Below are positions 52,211-61,938 of a stretch of 64,000 nt of DNA, piece after piece. Where the stretch lies: positions 4,210 through 68,209 of the forward strand of contig WFNP01000042.1 of the NCBI GenBank assembly GCA_015488535.1, in the 5' to 3' direction. The position numbers and the translations under genes are program-made. Under the pieces are notes generated by a model that saw nothing but the letters and a program-made list of their open reading frames with translations, had not been told where the DNA came from and made no database searches. Source of the stretch: Nitratifractor sp. (GTDB lineage: Bacteria > Campylobacterota > Campylobacteria > Campylobacterales > Sulfurovaceae). How positions within the stretch are numbered: position 1 is the first letter of the stretch; each line of letters starts with the position of its first letter.

Positions 52211-53466
52211 TGAAGACAAGCTTTTTCGGATACGGCAAAACAACAAAAGCCATAGCAAAGAAAATAAGCAAAGAGGCTATATTTTACGATGACAATATCA
52301 AAGAAGAGTATATAGATAATAATGGCTTCACTATAAAACCATCTACACTTTTCAAGCCAAATGATAGTGATATAGAGATACTCACACCAAGTATCAGACC
52401 CTCCAATCCTCTGCTCTACACTGCCAAACACCCCATAAGCGAATATGACCTCTTTTTATCTGATAGTGCTACAGATATCAGAAAAAGACTCGGCATATCA
52501 ATACCCCAAAAACCATATACAGTATGGATTAGCGGAACAAACGGCAAAACTACCACTACACAGATGCTGACTCATATTTTGGCAGACAAAAGAGCTGTCA
52601 GTGGAGGTAATATCGGCACACCTCTGGCTAATATGGACAGTGAAGCTCCCATATGGATACTTGAGACCAGTTCATATACCCTGCACCATACAAAAGAGGC
52701 ATCACCAAATATATATATACTATTACCGATTACCCCTGACCATCTCGGTTGGCACGGCAGTGAAGATGCGTATATTACAGACAAAATATCCGTAATATCC
52801 AGAATGAGAGAGGGAGAACTTGCTCTGATACCGGCAGGATTGCAAATCCCTGAAACTCCCGCCTGGGTAGTAGAGTATAGAGATAGTGCAGATTTGGCAG
52901 AGTTTTTCAATATCGACAGAGAGCAAATAGATTTCAAAGCCGCTTTTGAGATGGATGCCCTGCTCGCTCTTGCTGTAACCCGCACACTCTTTGATGAAGT
53001 AGATTATGACAAGATAAACAGTTTCAAACTCGACAGACACAGACAAGAGGAGTTTAGAGATTTTAAAGAGAGGCTATGGGTAAACGACTCCAAAGCTACC
53101 AACATAGATGCTACTATACAGGCTCTTGAGAGCTACAAAAAGAGCAAAATACATTTAATCATAGGTGGAGATGACAAAGGTGTGGATATGAATAATTTTA
53201 TGGATAACTTGAAATATTATGATATCTCATCTATATATACAATAGGCTCAAACGCTCAAAAACTATACGATATGGCACTAAAAAGAGATATGCCGGCTAT
53301 CAAATGCGATACACTTGCAAAAGCAGTAAATCAGATAGACAAAAATATACAAAAAGATGAAGTAGCTCTACTCTCTCCGGCATGTGCTAGTTTGGATCAA
53401 TTTAGCTCATATGCACAAAGAGGAGATATTTTTATAGAAACTGTCAAAAATTTAAGCCGTAATTAA
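52210..53466 (+). CDS. murD: UDP-N-acetylmuramoylalanine--D-glutamate ligase
   Basis: Mur ligase P-loop ISGTNGKTTT. Sits directly after mraY. Confidence 0.85.
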   Translation: MKTSFFGYGKTTKAIAKKISKEAIFYDDNIKEEYIDNNGFTIKPSTLFKPNDSDIEILTPSIRPSNPLLYTAKHPISEYDLFLSDSATDIRKRLGISIPQKPYTVWISGTNGKTTTTQMLTHILADKRAVSGGNIGTPLANMDSEAPIWILETSSYTLHHTKEASPNIYILLPITPDHLGWHGSEDAYITDKISVISRMREGELALIPAGLQIPETPAWVVEYRDSADLAEFFNIDREQIDFKAAFEMDALLALAVTRTLFDEVDYDKINSFKLDRHRQEEFRDFKERLWVNDSKATNIDATIQALESYKKSKIHLIIGGDDKGVDMNNFMDNLKYYDISSIYTIGSNAQKLYDMALKRDMPAIKCDTLAKAVNQIDKNIQKDEVALLSPACASLDQFSSYAQRGDIFIETVKNLSRN

Positions 53467-53498
53467 GAATAATTATATATAATTACACTCACATTTAC

Positions 53499-53574
53499 GG
53501 CTCGGTAGCTCAGTCGGTAGAGCAAAGGACTGAAAATCCTTGTGTCGGCGGTTCGATTCCGCCCCGCGCCACCA
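53499..53574 (+). tRNA. tRNA-Phe (GAA), CCA encoded
   Basis: Folded by hand into a cloverleaf. Acceptor GGCTCGG/CCGCGCC with one U4:C69 mismatch. D arm GCTC-AGTCGGTA-GAGC. Anticodon arm AAGGA-CTGAAAA-TCCTT. Variable loop GTGTC. T arm GGCGG-TTCGATT-CCGCC. Ends in ACCA. Confidence 0.9.
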
Positions 53575-53718
53575 CTTATAAATCTACGCTAATTCTATTA
53601 TTATATATTAAATTATCTTTTTTTATATATCTATCATCAGTTATGATTTTTTGAGAGATTAAACCCCCTGTCTCTTCTATACAATAATTTTTAGTTTATA
53701 CACTCATTTATTATAAAG

Positions 53719-53883
53719 TAACGCGAGTCTAGGATAAAAGATAACTAAGTACAATTCACCTTGGGGATGGGGCTTCAGCCCCACAAAAAAGATGAGTTTC
53801 CAAAGCAGTGGGACTTTAGTCCCACCTCCAATGTAGAATATTTACTTCTCTAAGAAGATTGGGCTTAAACGAGACTCGCGTTA
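53719..53883. repeat. 165-bp segment bounded by perfect 12-bp inverted repeats; encloses repeat copy D
   Basis: TAACGCGAGTCT at 53719-53730 and its exact reverse complement AGACTCGCGTTA at 53872-53883. The right arm includes the fabH stop codon. Confidence 0.6.
53757..53829 (-). repeat. GGAGG-hairpin intergenic repeat, copy D (long variant)
   Basis: The minus strand reads GGAGGTGGGACtaaaGTCCCAC...TTTTTTGTGGGGCtgaaGCCCCATCCCC, with two GC hairpins. Confidence 0.6.
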
Positions 53884-54891
53884 TTTACCTGCAAAAGGCA
53901 GTATGGCACTTGCCCAGGTCAAACCGCCTCCGAAAGTGTCCAAAAGCATGGTATCACCATATTTTAATTTACCCTCTTCATATATATCATTTATAGCCAT
54001 AGGAATTGAAGCAGCAGAAGTATTACCATATTTATGCACTGTTTTTACAGTCTGCTCCGGTGACATCTTCAAAGAGTCTCCTACGGCTTTGATGATACGA
54101 TAATTTGCCTGATGAGGGACAAAAAAATCAATATCTTCAACAGCAATTTTATTCTTTTTGAGTATCTCTTTGACATCTTTTGTCAGAGTTTTGACTGCCA
54201 GTTTAAAAGTCTCATTACCCTTCATTTTTACATATTGAAGCCCCTGCTCTATCACTTCACAACTGGCAGGATTTACACTGCCTGGTGCCGGAGTCATTAA
54301 AAAGTCAGCATAACTGCCGTCTGCTGAAGCATGGATATCTATAATCGCTTCATTCTTATCATCAGTAACTGAAATTACAGCAGCACCTGCTCCGTCACCA
54401 AACAGGATACAAGTGCTTCTATCACTATAATCTACAATAGAGCTGAATTTCTCTGCACCAATAACTAAAACATTCTTTTTCATACCCGATTCTATGAAAG
54501 CTTTTGCTATACTCAAACCATATACAAATCCACTACAAGCTGCTGATACATCAAATGCCTGGACATTTTTTATACCAAGTTTGGCAGATATTATACACGC
54601 AGTTGAAGGCATATTAAAATAATCAGGTGTAACAGTGGCACAAATTACCAAATCTATATCACTATTTTCCAATCCTGCTCTTTGTATAGCAATTTCACTG
54701 GCTTTGACTGCCATATCACTTGTATATTCATTATCTTTGGCAATATGTCGCTCTTTGATACCTGTTCGTTTGACTATCCACTCATCAGAGGTATCTACCA
54801 TCTTTTCAAAATCAGCATTAGTTAAAATTTTTTCTGGGATATATGCACCTATTGAACGCATAGACGCGTATTGAAGTTTATTATCTGTCAT
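53881..54891 (-). CDS. fabH: 3-oxoacyl-ACP synthase III
   Basis: Active-site [10 protein letters not shown] and C-terminal GGGLTWAS. Confidence 0.92.
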   Translation of the reverse strand: MTDNKLQYASMRSIGAYIPEKILTNADFEKMVDTSDEWIVKRTGIKERHIAKDNEYTSDMAVKASEIAIQRAGLENSDIDLVICATVTPDYFNMPSTACIISAKLGIKNVQAFDVSAACSGFVYGLSIAKAFIESGMKKNVLVIGAEKFSSIVDYSDRSTCILFGDGAGAAVISVTDDKNEAIIDIHASADGSYADFLMTPAPGSVNPASCEVIEQGLQYVKMKGNETFKLAVKTLTKDVKEILKKNKIAVEDIDFFVPHQANYRIIKAVGDSLKMSPEQTVKTVHKYGNTSAASIPMAINDIYEEGKLKYGDTMLLDTFGGGLTWASAILPFAGK

Positions 54892-54908
54892 GATACTCCT
54901 TATTCGGC

Positions 54909-54924
54909 TCGGGCTAAAGCCCGA
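54909..54924 (-). repeat. GC hairpin in the plsX-fabH spacer
   Basis: TCGGGC-tnnn-GCCCGA. It ends 17 nt upstream of the fabH ATG, just 5' of the AAGGAG RBS. The loop/stem style matches other GC mini-hairpins in this window. Confidence 0.5.
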
Positions 54925-54955
54925 AACTATGGGTTATTTTACCATAATACCGCTT

Positions 54956-55969
54956 TTAGGAGTTTATTTCGTTATGAATTAATCTCTCTTCTATCTTTTT
55001 GTTTACATCTGAACGCATATAATTGATTGCCTGAAAGATTGCATTCTTGATAGCTTTGCTGTTACTGCTACCATGACTTACAATCGCACAACCATTTATA
55101 CCAAGCAGTGGAGCTCCGCCGTATTCAGCATAATCTATCTGTTTTTTGAGATTGTCAAATACCTTCTTTTTCATAAGTAATGCACCTATTTTGGCTGGTA
55201 GAGATTTGCGTATCTGCTGTTTCATAAGTGAAAGTATTGTCATAGCTACACCTTCACCGGTTTTGAGAAGTACATTACCGGTAAAGCCATCTGTAACTAC
55301 TACATCCACAGTTGCATTAAAAATATCTCTACCCTCTACATTACCTACAAAGCCTGGAAGCTCTTTCATCATACCAAAAGCCTCTTTGGTCAAATCATTA
55401 CCCTTGCTATCCTCTTCGCCATTGGATAAAAGCCCTACTCTTGGAGACTCTATACCCATCACCTCTTGAGCATAAGCTGCTCCCATTACACCAAATTGAT
55501 ATAGATTAAGTGGCTTACAATCAACTACTGCACCTACATCTAACACAAGAGTCTTTTTACTCTCTGTATTTGGCATAAGTGTAGCAAGAGCTGGTTTGTT
55601 AATATGAGGTAGTCTTCCAATCCTTAGAGTAGCAAGTGTCATTGTAGCTCCACTGTGTCCGGCAGAGACTACTGCATCAGCTTTGCCATCTCTGACCAAT
55701 TCTACAGCTTTGTAGATAGATGACTCTTTTCTTTTCAAAGCATTTGTAGCTTGATCATGCATATCTATTACATCAGAAGCTTCTATAATTTCGACTTTTT
55801 CAAGATAGTATTGGGGAATATATGAAAGTATCTCTTCTCTGTCACCTACGAGGATAGGCTGAAAAAGGCGTTCATCCATTGCTTGGATACAGCCCTCTAT
55901 TATCGGTTCGGGACCATAATCGCCCCCCATCGCGTCTATTGCGACGCGAATGAGCTTTTGGTTACTCAT
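54956..55969 (-). CDS. plsX: Phosphate acyltransferase
   Basis: [12 protein letters not shown] and FTGNVLLK. Confidence 0.92.
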   Translation of the reverse strand: MSNQKLIRVAIDAMGGDYGPEPIIEGCIQAMDERLFQPILVGDREEILSYIPQYYLEKVEIIEASDVIDMHDQATNALKRKESSIYKAVELVRDGKADAVVSAGHSGATMTLATLRIGRLPHINKPALATLMPNTESKKTLVLDVGAVVDCKPLNLYQFGVMGAAYAQEVMGIESPRVGLLSNGEEDSKGNDLTKEAFGMMKELPGFVGNVEGRDIFNATVDVVVTDGFTGNVLLKTGEGVAMTILSLMKQQIRKSLPAKIGALLMKKKVFDNLKKQIDYAEYGGAPLLGINGCAIVSHGSSNSKAIKNAIFQAINYMRSDVNKKIEERLIHNEINS

Positions 55970-56121
55970 TTTGAGTTATATTCACCTGTTGTAGGGTTCA
56001 TTCTATGAGGCATTCTCCATGTGCCATCTTCATCTTTTACAGGTCTTGGAAGAGTCACTTTATAGTGTGTTCTTCTCTTCGCTGCTCTTGTTTTACTGTG
56101 TCTTCTCTTAGGTACTGCCAT
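55966..56121 (-). CDS. rpmF: 50S ribosomal protein L32
   Basis: Not in the ORF track because it is only 51 aa. Manual translation gives [51 protein letters not shown]. The TGA stop overlaps the plsX ATG (ATGA). Confidence 0.88.
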   Translation of the reverse strand: MAVPKRRHSKTRAAKRRTHYKVTLPRPVKDEDGTWRMPHRMNPTTGEYNSK

Positions 56122-56143
56122 TGTAAATCCTTTCTAATTTTGT

Positions 56144-56515
56144 TTAATACTCTATATCCAATTCATCACTGCTGCTCTTGCACTCTGAGCAGTAGTTATA
56201 TCCGGCTGAGAGAAGATTGATTTCACTATCTATCAGATAATCAAAATCAACAAATCCATCAGCAAACTCAATTGTATCCAAATCATCCATTCCAACTGCT
56301 CTATCGGATAGTTTTAATTGTAATTTTGTATTAATATCTCTATCTATACTTTTACCACATCTATCACAATAGAGTTGAGTAACTCCATTTAAAGTAGCAT
56401 TTAACTCTACTTCATGGGCAGATACTCTTTTTATATCACCTTTGAGATGACAACCATTTAAAGTATGCTCAATCTCAACAGGTCTTCTTGATATTTTGTG
56501 GAATGCAATCTTCAA
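56144..56515 (-). CDS. yceD: YceD/DUF177 family protein (23S rRNA accumulation protein)
   Basis: 123 aa with CDRCG...C.EC cysteine pairs. The yceD-rpmF-plsX-fabH order is conserved. Confidence 0.75.
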   Translation of the reverse strand: MKIAFHKISRRPVEIEHTLNGCHLKGDIKRVSAHEVELNATLNGVTQLYCDRCGKSIDRDINTKLQLKLSDRAVGMDDLDTIEFADGFVDFDYLIDSEINLLSAGYNYCSECKSSSDELDIEY

Positions 56516-56517
56516 AA

Positions 56518-56931
56518 TTAAAGTATCTCTCTTTTTGCAAAGAAAAATGCTATTTCAATTTCAGCATTCTCTAATGAGTCACTTCCATGAACAGCATTAG
56601 CATCTATACTGTCAGCAAAATCTGCTCTGATTGTCCCGACTTCTGCCTCTTTTGGGTCTGTTGCACCCATCAATTCTCTGTTTTTGGCTACTGCATTTTC
56701 ACCCTCTAATACAGATACTACAACAGGACCTGAAATCATAAATTCAACCAATTCACCAAAGAAAGGTCTCTCTTTATGAACAGCATAAAATGCTTCTGCA
56801 TCTGCTTTGCTCAACTGCACTTTTTTTGTAGCTGCTATTCTGAGTCCAGCACTCTCAAATCTGTCAAGGATTTTTCCTACGACATTTTTAGCCACTGCAT
56901 CCGGTTTGATTATCGATAATGTTTGTTCCAT
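56518..56931 (-). CDS. ndk: Nucleoside-diphosphate kinase
   Basis: [13 protein letters not shown] and NAVHGSDS. Confidence 0.93.
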   Translation of the reverse strand: MEQTLSIIKPDAVAKNVVGKILDRFESAGLRIAATKKVQLSKADAEAFYAVHKERPFFGELVEFMISGPVVVSVLEGENAVAKNRELMGATDPKEAEVGTIRADFADSIDANAVHGSDSLENAEIEIAFFFAKREIL

Positions 56932-57000
56932 AATTGTTTTATCCTAAATTTAGAAATTGGCGGAAAGAATACCGTATAAACGGTTAAAAAATGTTTAATT

Positions 57001-57039
57001 AAAAAGTGAATATAAATAGTATCCGGCAAAAGCCGGATA
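57001..57039 (-). terminator. Putative intrinsic terminator after the ferredoxin gene
   Basis: TATCCGGC-tttt-GCCGGATA, an 8-bp stem, followed on the minus strand by a T-rich tract (CTATTTATATTCACTTTTT). Confidence 0.5.
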
Positions 57040-57050
57040 GAAGAAGAAAA

Positions 57051-57338
57051 TTAGTCTTCGATTACTGGAGTATTCTCTGCTCTAGCTTCTGCTGGAACAT
57101 CATCTTTACAAGTAGCACCTTCTGCACACTCATCCCAAACGATACAGCCTTCAGTCGGACAAGCTTCAGCACAAGCTGGAGTGTCATGATAACCTACACA
57201 CTCAACACACTTATCAGCATATACATAATAGATATCTTCACCTGTTGGGTTATCATCCTCATCAACAATTGCCTCTACTGGACACTCATCTATACAAGCC
57301 GCACAGTTAATACAAATATCAGTAATTTTTACTGCCAT
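57051..57338 (-). CDS. 2x[4Fe-4S] ferredoxin with acidic C-terminal tail
   Basis: MAVKITDICINCAACIDECP and CVECVGYHDTPACAEACP. I place the start at ATG 57338, after an AAAGGAGAA RBS. Confidence 0.85.
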   Translation of the reverse strand: MAVKITDICINCAACIDECPVEAIVDEDDNPTGEDIYYVYADKCVECVGYHDTPACAEACPTEGCIVWDECAEGATCKDDVPAEARAENTPVIED

Positions 57339-57448
57339 TTGGTTCTCCTTTTTTGTTTTTGTAATCACACTATATCAAAAGATATTTAAATGACTCTTTA
57401 ATAATATAAATTTCATTTTCTACTTAAACAGTGTGAAATTTTGAAACA

Positions 57449-58606
57449 TTACAAGCCTAAGTATGAGCGAATTTCATCAACTCTATCTGTTTTTTCCCAA
57501 CTAAATTCCGGCAACTCTCTACCAAAATGTCCATAAGCTGCTGTCTTTTTATATATAGGTCTTAGCAAATCCAAAGATTTAATAATACCTATTGGTCTCA
57601 AATCAAATATATCTCTGACACACTGCTCTAACTTAGACTCTTCTATCTTTGATGTGCCGTGTGTATCTACCATAATCGATACCGGTTCAACTACTCCAAT
57701 AGCATAAGCTATCTGAATAGTTACTCTATCTGCCACTCCTGCAGCTACCAGGTTTTTGGCCACATATCTGGCGGCATAAGCTGCTGATCTATCTACCTTT
57801 GTAGGGTCTTTACCTGAAAATGCACCACCTCCATGAGGACAACTGCCACCATAAGTATCTACAATAATTTTCCTTCCTGTAAGTCCTGCATCTCCTTGTG
57901 GACCACCTATTACAAATCTTCCTGTTGGATTGATATGATAAGTAATATCATCAGCTATCAACTCTTTTGGAATAACTGCTTCAATTACCTCTTTTTTGAC
58001 ATCTTTATGGATAGTCTTTTGATCCACTTCCGGAGAGTGTTGAGTAGATACTACCACTGTTTTTACTTCAACTGGCTTACCATCTCTGTATAATACACTA
58101 ACCTGAGCTTTGCCATCTGGTCTAAGGTATGGCAGTGTGCCGTTTTTTCTAACCTCAGCAAGTCTAGATGTAATTTTATGAGCTAGTAGTATTGGCAAAG
58201 GCATCAACTCTTTGGTCTCATTACAAGCATAACCAAACATCAACCCCTGATCACCTGCTCCTATATCACCCGATTCTTGATCAACCCCTTGATTGATATC
58301 CGGACTCTGCTCACCTATACCATTTAATACCCCTGCACTTCTATAATCAAATCCAAAACTGGCATCGGTATATCCAATCTCTCTGACTACCTCTCTGGCA
58401 ATATCTTGCATAGGTGCATAAGTGTGAGTTTTAAGCTCTCCTGCTATTACACAATATCCATTGCTTAATAGTGTCTCACATGCTACTCTGGCATTTTTAT
58501 CTCTTTCTATAATATAATCCAATATAGCATCACTAATTTGGTCTGCCATCTTGTCAGGATGTCCCTCTGTTACTGATTCACTGGTAAAAATGTATTCATT
58601 TGACAT
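57449..58606 (-). CDS. metK: S-adenosylmethionine synthase
   Basis: [25 protein letters not shown] and GGGAFSGKD. Confidence 0.94.
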   Translation of the reverse strand: MSNEYIFTSESVTEGHPDKMADQISDAILDYIIERDKNARVACETLLSNGYCVIAGELKTHTYAPMQDIAREVVREIGYTDASFGFDYRSAGVLNGIGEQSPDINQGVDQESGDIGAGDQGLMFGYACNETKELMPLPILLAHKITSRLAEVRKNGTLPYLRPDGKAQVSVLYRDGKPVEVKTVVVSTQHSPEVDQKTIHKDVKKEVIEAVIPKELIADDITYHINPTGRFVIGGPQGDAGLTGRKIIVDTYGGSCPHGGGAFSGKDPTKVDRSAAYAARYVAKNLVAAGVADRVTIQIAYAIGVVEPVSIMVDTHGTSKIEESKLEQCVRDIFDLRPIGIIKSLDLLRPIYKKTAAYGHFGRELPEFSWEKTDRVDEIRSYLGL

Positions 58607-58663
58607 ATACCAAATCCTTTTTTAGTATTTATTTAAGATTGCTTTATACCATAAAATGGTAAC

Positions 58664-60481
58664 TTATAAACTGATTTTTACTCTATTTGCCAACTGCTGT
58701 GGAGTCAATCCCATACTCTGCTCTACAAGTGAAGTTTTACCATGTGGTATAAATCTGTCTTCAAACTCAAATGTAGTAATTTTGGGAGAAGATATATCTT
58801 CTGATTTAAACAACTCCTCTATTGCACTCGCAACCCCGCCTATTTTTGTGCCATCACTAAATACAAACCAATCTTCATAATCTTTGGCTAAACTCAACAG
58901 CATCTCTTTATCAAGAGGCTTTACAAATCTCAAATCAAGAATAGATATTTTTATATTTTCATTTTCTAAAATTTCAGCACACTTCAATGCTCTACCCACA
59001 CCATTACCATAACCTATAAATAGAATATCTCCATCACCTTTGATAAGATGAGATTTACCTATTTCATACTCCGGCACTTCAAAATTATCAGAGATAAAGG
59101 CTCCTCGTGGATATCTGATAGCCAAAGGCGTAGGAAAATCTACTGAAAACTCTAATGCCTTGATTAAACTATCTTCATTAAATGGTGCCATCAGAGTCAT
59201 ATTTGGAATCAATCTAAGATAAGATATATCAAAAGCCCCCTGATGAGTCTCTCCATCTTCTCCTACAATACCGGCTCTGTCTATTGCAAAAGTAACCCCT
59301 AAATTCATCAAAGCTATATCATGTATTACCTGGTCATATCCTCTTTGTAAAAATGTAGAGTATATTGCACAGTATGGTTTAAATCCCTCTTTTGCCAATG
59401 CTCCCATAGAAGTAACTGCATGTTGCTCTGCAATTGCCACATCCCAAAATCTATCCGGATAGATCTCAAGCAGTGGTGATAAACCTGTGCCTCCGGGCAT
59501 TGCTGCTGTTACTCCTACTATTTTAGGGTCTTTTTTGGCAAGTTTGAGCATAGTTTCACTAAAAATTTTGGTAGCACTTTTATTAGTGCTTTTGGATAGA
59601 GGCTTACCGGTTTGTTTATCAAATGCCCCTACACCGTGCCAATGCTCCAAAGGACCTTCTGCTATCTCATACCCTTTGCCCTTAACAGTCTGAGCATGTA
59701 TAATCACCGGCTTACCCATATTTTTTGCCAACTCCAAAGTATCTATAACAGACTCCAAATCATGCCCATCTATTGGACCGATATACTCCAATCCCAACTC
59801 TTCAAATAATACACCCGGAGTAATCAATCTAAATGACTCTTCAAACTTTTTTGCCATATATGTAGCACTCTCTGGCAACATCTCCAACATAGATTCTGTT
59901 CTTTTTTTAAGCTTTTGATACAAAGGTCCTGCCATACCACGAGATAGATATCTGCTGATTGCTCCAATAGGTTTGGCTATACTCATCTCATTATCATTTA
60001 ATATAATAACTACCGGATACTTTCTTTCGCCAAGCTCATTAAGTGCTTCATATACCATTCCCGCACTCATACTTCCATCACCTATCATTACAACAGGTAT
60101 TCTATCTTCACCCTTTAATTTAATAGCCTTTGCTGCACCTACTGCTATAGATATAGATGTAGAACTGTGACCTGCTTTATAATAATCATAAGGAGACTCT
60201 TTTGGATTGGTGTATCCTGATATTCCGTCAAATTGGCGAAGTGTATCAAAACTATCCCATCTATCTGTAAGTAATTTATGAGCATAGGCTTGATGACTTA
60301 CATCAAAAATAAAAGGGTCTTTTTTTACATCAAATACATAATGCATACCGATAATTAACTCTACTGCTCCAAGAGTTGAGCTAAGATGCCCTCCGTTTTG
60401 GCTCACTACATCAAGTATTCTTTCTCTTATTTTTTGGGCTAAATCTTGTAACTCTGAATTATTATAATCTTTTATATTCAC
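58664..60481 (-). CDS. dxs: 1-deoxy-D-xylulose-5-phosphate synthase
   Basis: GGHLSSTLG, the TPP motif IGDGSMSAGM and IAEQHAV. Confidence 0.92.
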   Translation of the reverse strand: MNIKDYNNSELQDLAQKIRERILDVVSQNGGHLSSTLGAVELIIGMHYVFDVKKDPFIFDVSHQAYAHKLLTDRWDSFDTLRQFDGISGYTNPKESPYDYYKAGHSSTSISIAVGAAKAIKLKGEDRIPVVMIGDGSMSAGMVYEALNELGERKYPVVIILNDNEMSIAKPIGAISRYLSRGMAGPLYQKLKKRTESMLEMLPESATYMAKKFEESFRLITPGVLFEELGLEYIGPIDGHDLESVIDTLELAKNMGKPVIIHAQTVKGKGYEIAEGPLEHWHGVGAFDKQTGKPLSKSTNKSATKIFSETMLKLAKKDPKIVGVTAAMPGGTGLSPLLEIYPDRFWDVAIAEQHAVTSMGALAKEGFKPYCAIYSTFLQRGYDQVIHDIALMNLGVTFAIDRAGIVGEDGETHQGAFDISYLRLIPNMTLMAPFNEDSLIKALEFSVDFPTPLAIRYPRGAFISDNFEVPEYEIGKSHLIKGDGDILFIGYGNGVGRALKCAEILENENIKISILDLRFVKPLDKEMLLSLAKDYEDWFVFSDGTKIGGVASAIEELFKSEDISSPKITTFEFEDRFIPHGKTSLVEQSMGLTPQQLANRVKISL

Positions 60482-60717
60482 CTCTTTTTAGCCTCCATCA
60501 TCTTTCTAAGCGACGCTGTTACAACTTTTCTGGCAGTTACAGAATCTATATTTTTTAAATTCAAATCCTTAATCAACTCTTCAAACCAACTGTTATCTGT
60601 ATGACGAAAAAAGCTGAGTACATCAAATATAACTATATCCTCTTTTTGGGGAAAATCTTCTATCTTGATAGATTTGAACTCTTTGCAATCCCTTTTTAAG
60701 AGTTTGCCTTTTATCAT
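60478..60717 (-). CDS. Hypothetical protein (79 aa)
   Basis: ORF wedged between hisC and dxs, with 4-nt overlaps at both ends. No recognisable motif. Confidence 0.4.
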   Translation of the reverse strand: MIKGKLLKRDCKEFKSIKIEDFPQKEDIVIFDVLSFFRHTDNSWFEELIKDLNLKNIDSVTARKVVTASLRKMMEAKKR

Positions 60718-61817
60718 TTGATTGCCTCACTCAATACAGAAAATAGTTTATCATTCTGTTTTTCTGTGCCGACTGTAATTCTTAGAGCATTCATTCCATA
60801 ACTTGCCAAATCCCTGACAATTACTCCTCTTTGGAAGAGATACTTATATATATCAGTAGAGTTTAAATCATTTGGCATTAAATATGTAATAAAGTTGGTA
60901 TAACTCTCTATATAATCCAATCCACTCTCTTTGGCAAACTCTTTATATCTAATCAACTCTTTTGAGTGCAACTCCAAACTCTGCTTGATAAATTCATCAT
61001 CATCCAACGCAGATATTGCTGCTTCCATTGATAGAGTAGTTATATTAAATGGTGGTCTAACTCTCATCATATCTTCTATAAGCTCTTTTGAGGCTATACC
61101 ATAGCCTACTCTCATACCACCAAGTCCGTAAGCTTTTGAAAATGTCCCAAGATATACAACATTTGGATATTTTTGTATCAACTCTTTTGGATTTATCTCA
61201 TAATCACTGCAAAGATATGAAGCATACTCCATATAGGCACCATCTACCACAGCAACAGCTCCACTTTTATAAGAAGCTTCTATGATTTTATAAATCTCTT
61301 CTTTTGTAGTAGCATCTCCGGTTGGATTATTTGGTGTGCATATATATACAATAGATGGTTTATGCTCTTTAATCAATGGAATAAACTCATTGGATAAATG
61401 TTTATAACTTTTTGTCTTTATTACTTTGGCTCCATGATGCTTAGCATATATATCATACATTGCAAAACTTACTGCACTCGTTAATATCTTTTTATCTTCA
61501 CTCAATAAAATATGAGATATAAATGATATTACCTGATCACTTCCTGCTCCAATAATAACATTTTTATCATCTACCCCAAATCTATTGGCTAATTTGCCTT
61601 TGAGTCTATACATACTGTCATCTGGATAGAGATGTGCTTTATTTGCAAATTTTTTAATTGCTTCTACTGCTTTGGGTGGTGTGCCGAGAGGATTCTCATT
61701 AGAAGCCAATTTTACCACTTCATCTTCTGCAATTCCAAACTCTCTTACTGCAAGCTCCACAGGCTTACCTGCTTCATATACAGGAATATTTTTAATATAT
61801 GGTTTTATCTCTATCAA
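60714..61817 (-). CDS. hisC: Histidinol-phosphate aminotransferase
   Basis: LASNENPLG, and the PLP lysine context TFSKAYGLGGMRVGY. Confidence 0.9.
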   Translation of the reverse strand: MIEIKPYIKNIPVYEAGKPVELAVREFGIAEDEVVKLASNENPLGTPPKAVEAIKKFANKAHLYPDDSMYRLKGKLANRFGVDDKNVIIGAGSDQVISFISHILLSEDKKILTSAVSFAMYDIYAKHHGAKVIKTKSYKHLSNEFIPLIKEHKPSIVYICTPNNPTGDATTKEEIYKIIEASYKSGAVAVVDGAYMEYASYLCSDYEINPKELIQKYPNVVYLGTFSKAYGLGGMRVGYGIASKELIEDMMRVRPPFNITTLSMEAAISALDDDEFIKQSLELHSKELIRYKEFAKESGLDYIESYTNFITYLMPNDLNSTDIYKYLFQRGVIVRDLASYGMNALRITVGTEKQNDKLFSVLSEAIK

Positions 61818-61870
61818 TATAAATCCTTTGTTATTTATAACTTAATTTGTAAAAAGAAGCATTAGTTTAG

Positions 61871-61921
61871 CCCACATCGTGTAGGGGTAACCTACTGCCT
61901 CCAATTACCAATACACCAATA
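61871..61921 (-). repeat. GGAGG-type intergenic repeat, copy F (variant)
   Basis: The minus strand reads TATTGGTGTATTGGTAATTGGAGGCAGTAGGTTACCCCTACACGATGTGGG. Its first 23 nt are identical to 40310-40332. Confidence 0.65.
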
Positions 61922-61938
61922 ACTAATATACTAAATTA

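Noticed and set aside
53575-53880. There could be a genomic island integrated at tRNA-Phe.
   Set aside because: No integrase or other island gene is present. I could find no direct repeat of the tRNA 3' end. The spacer is only about 300 bp before the core fabH gene.
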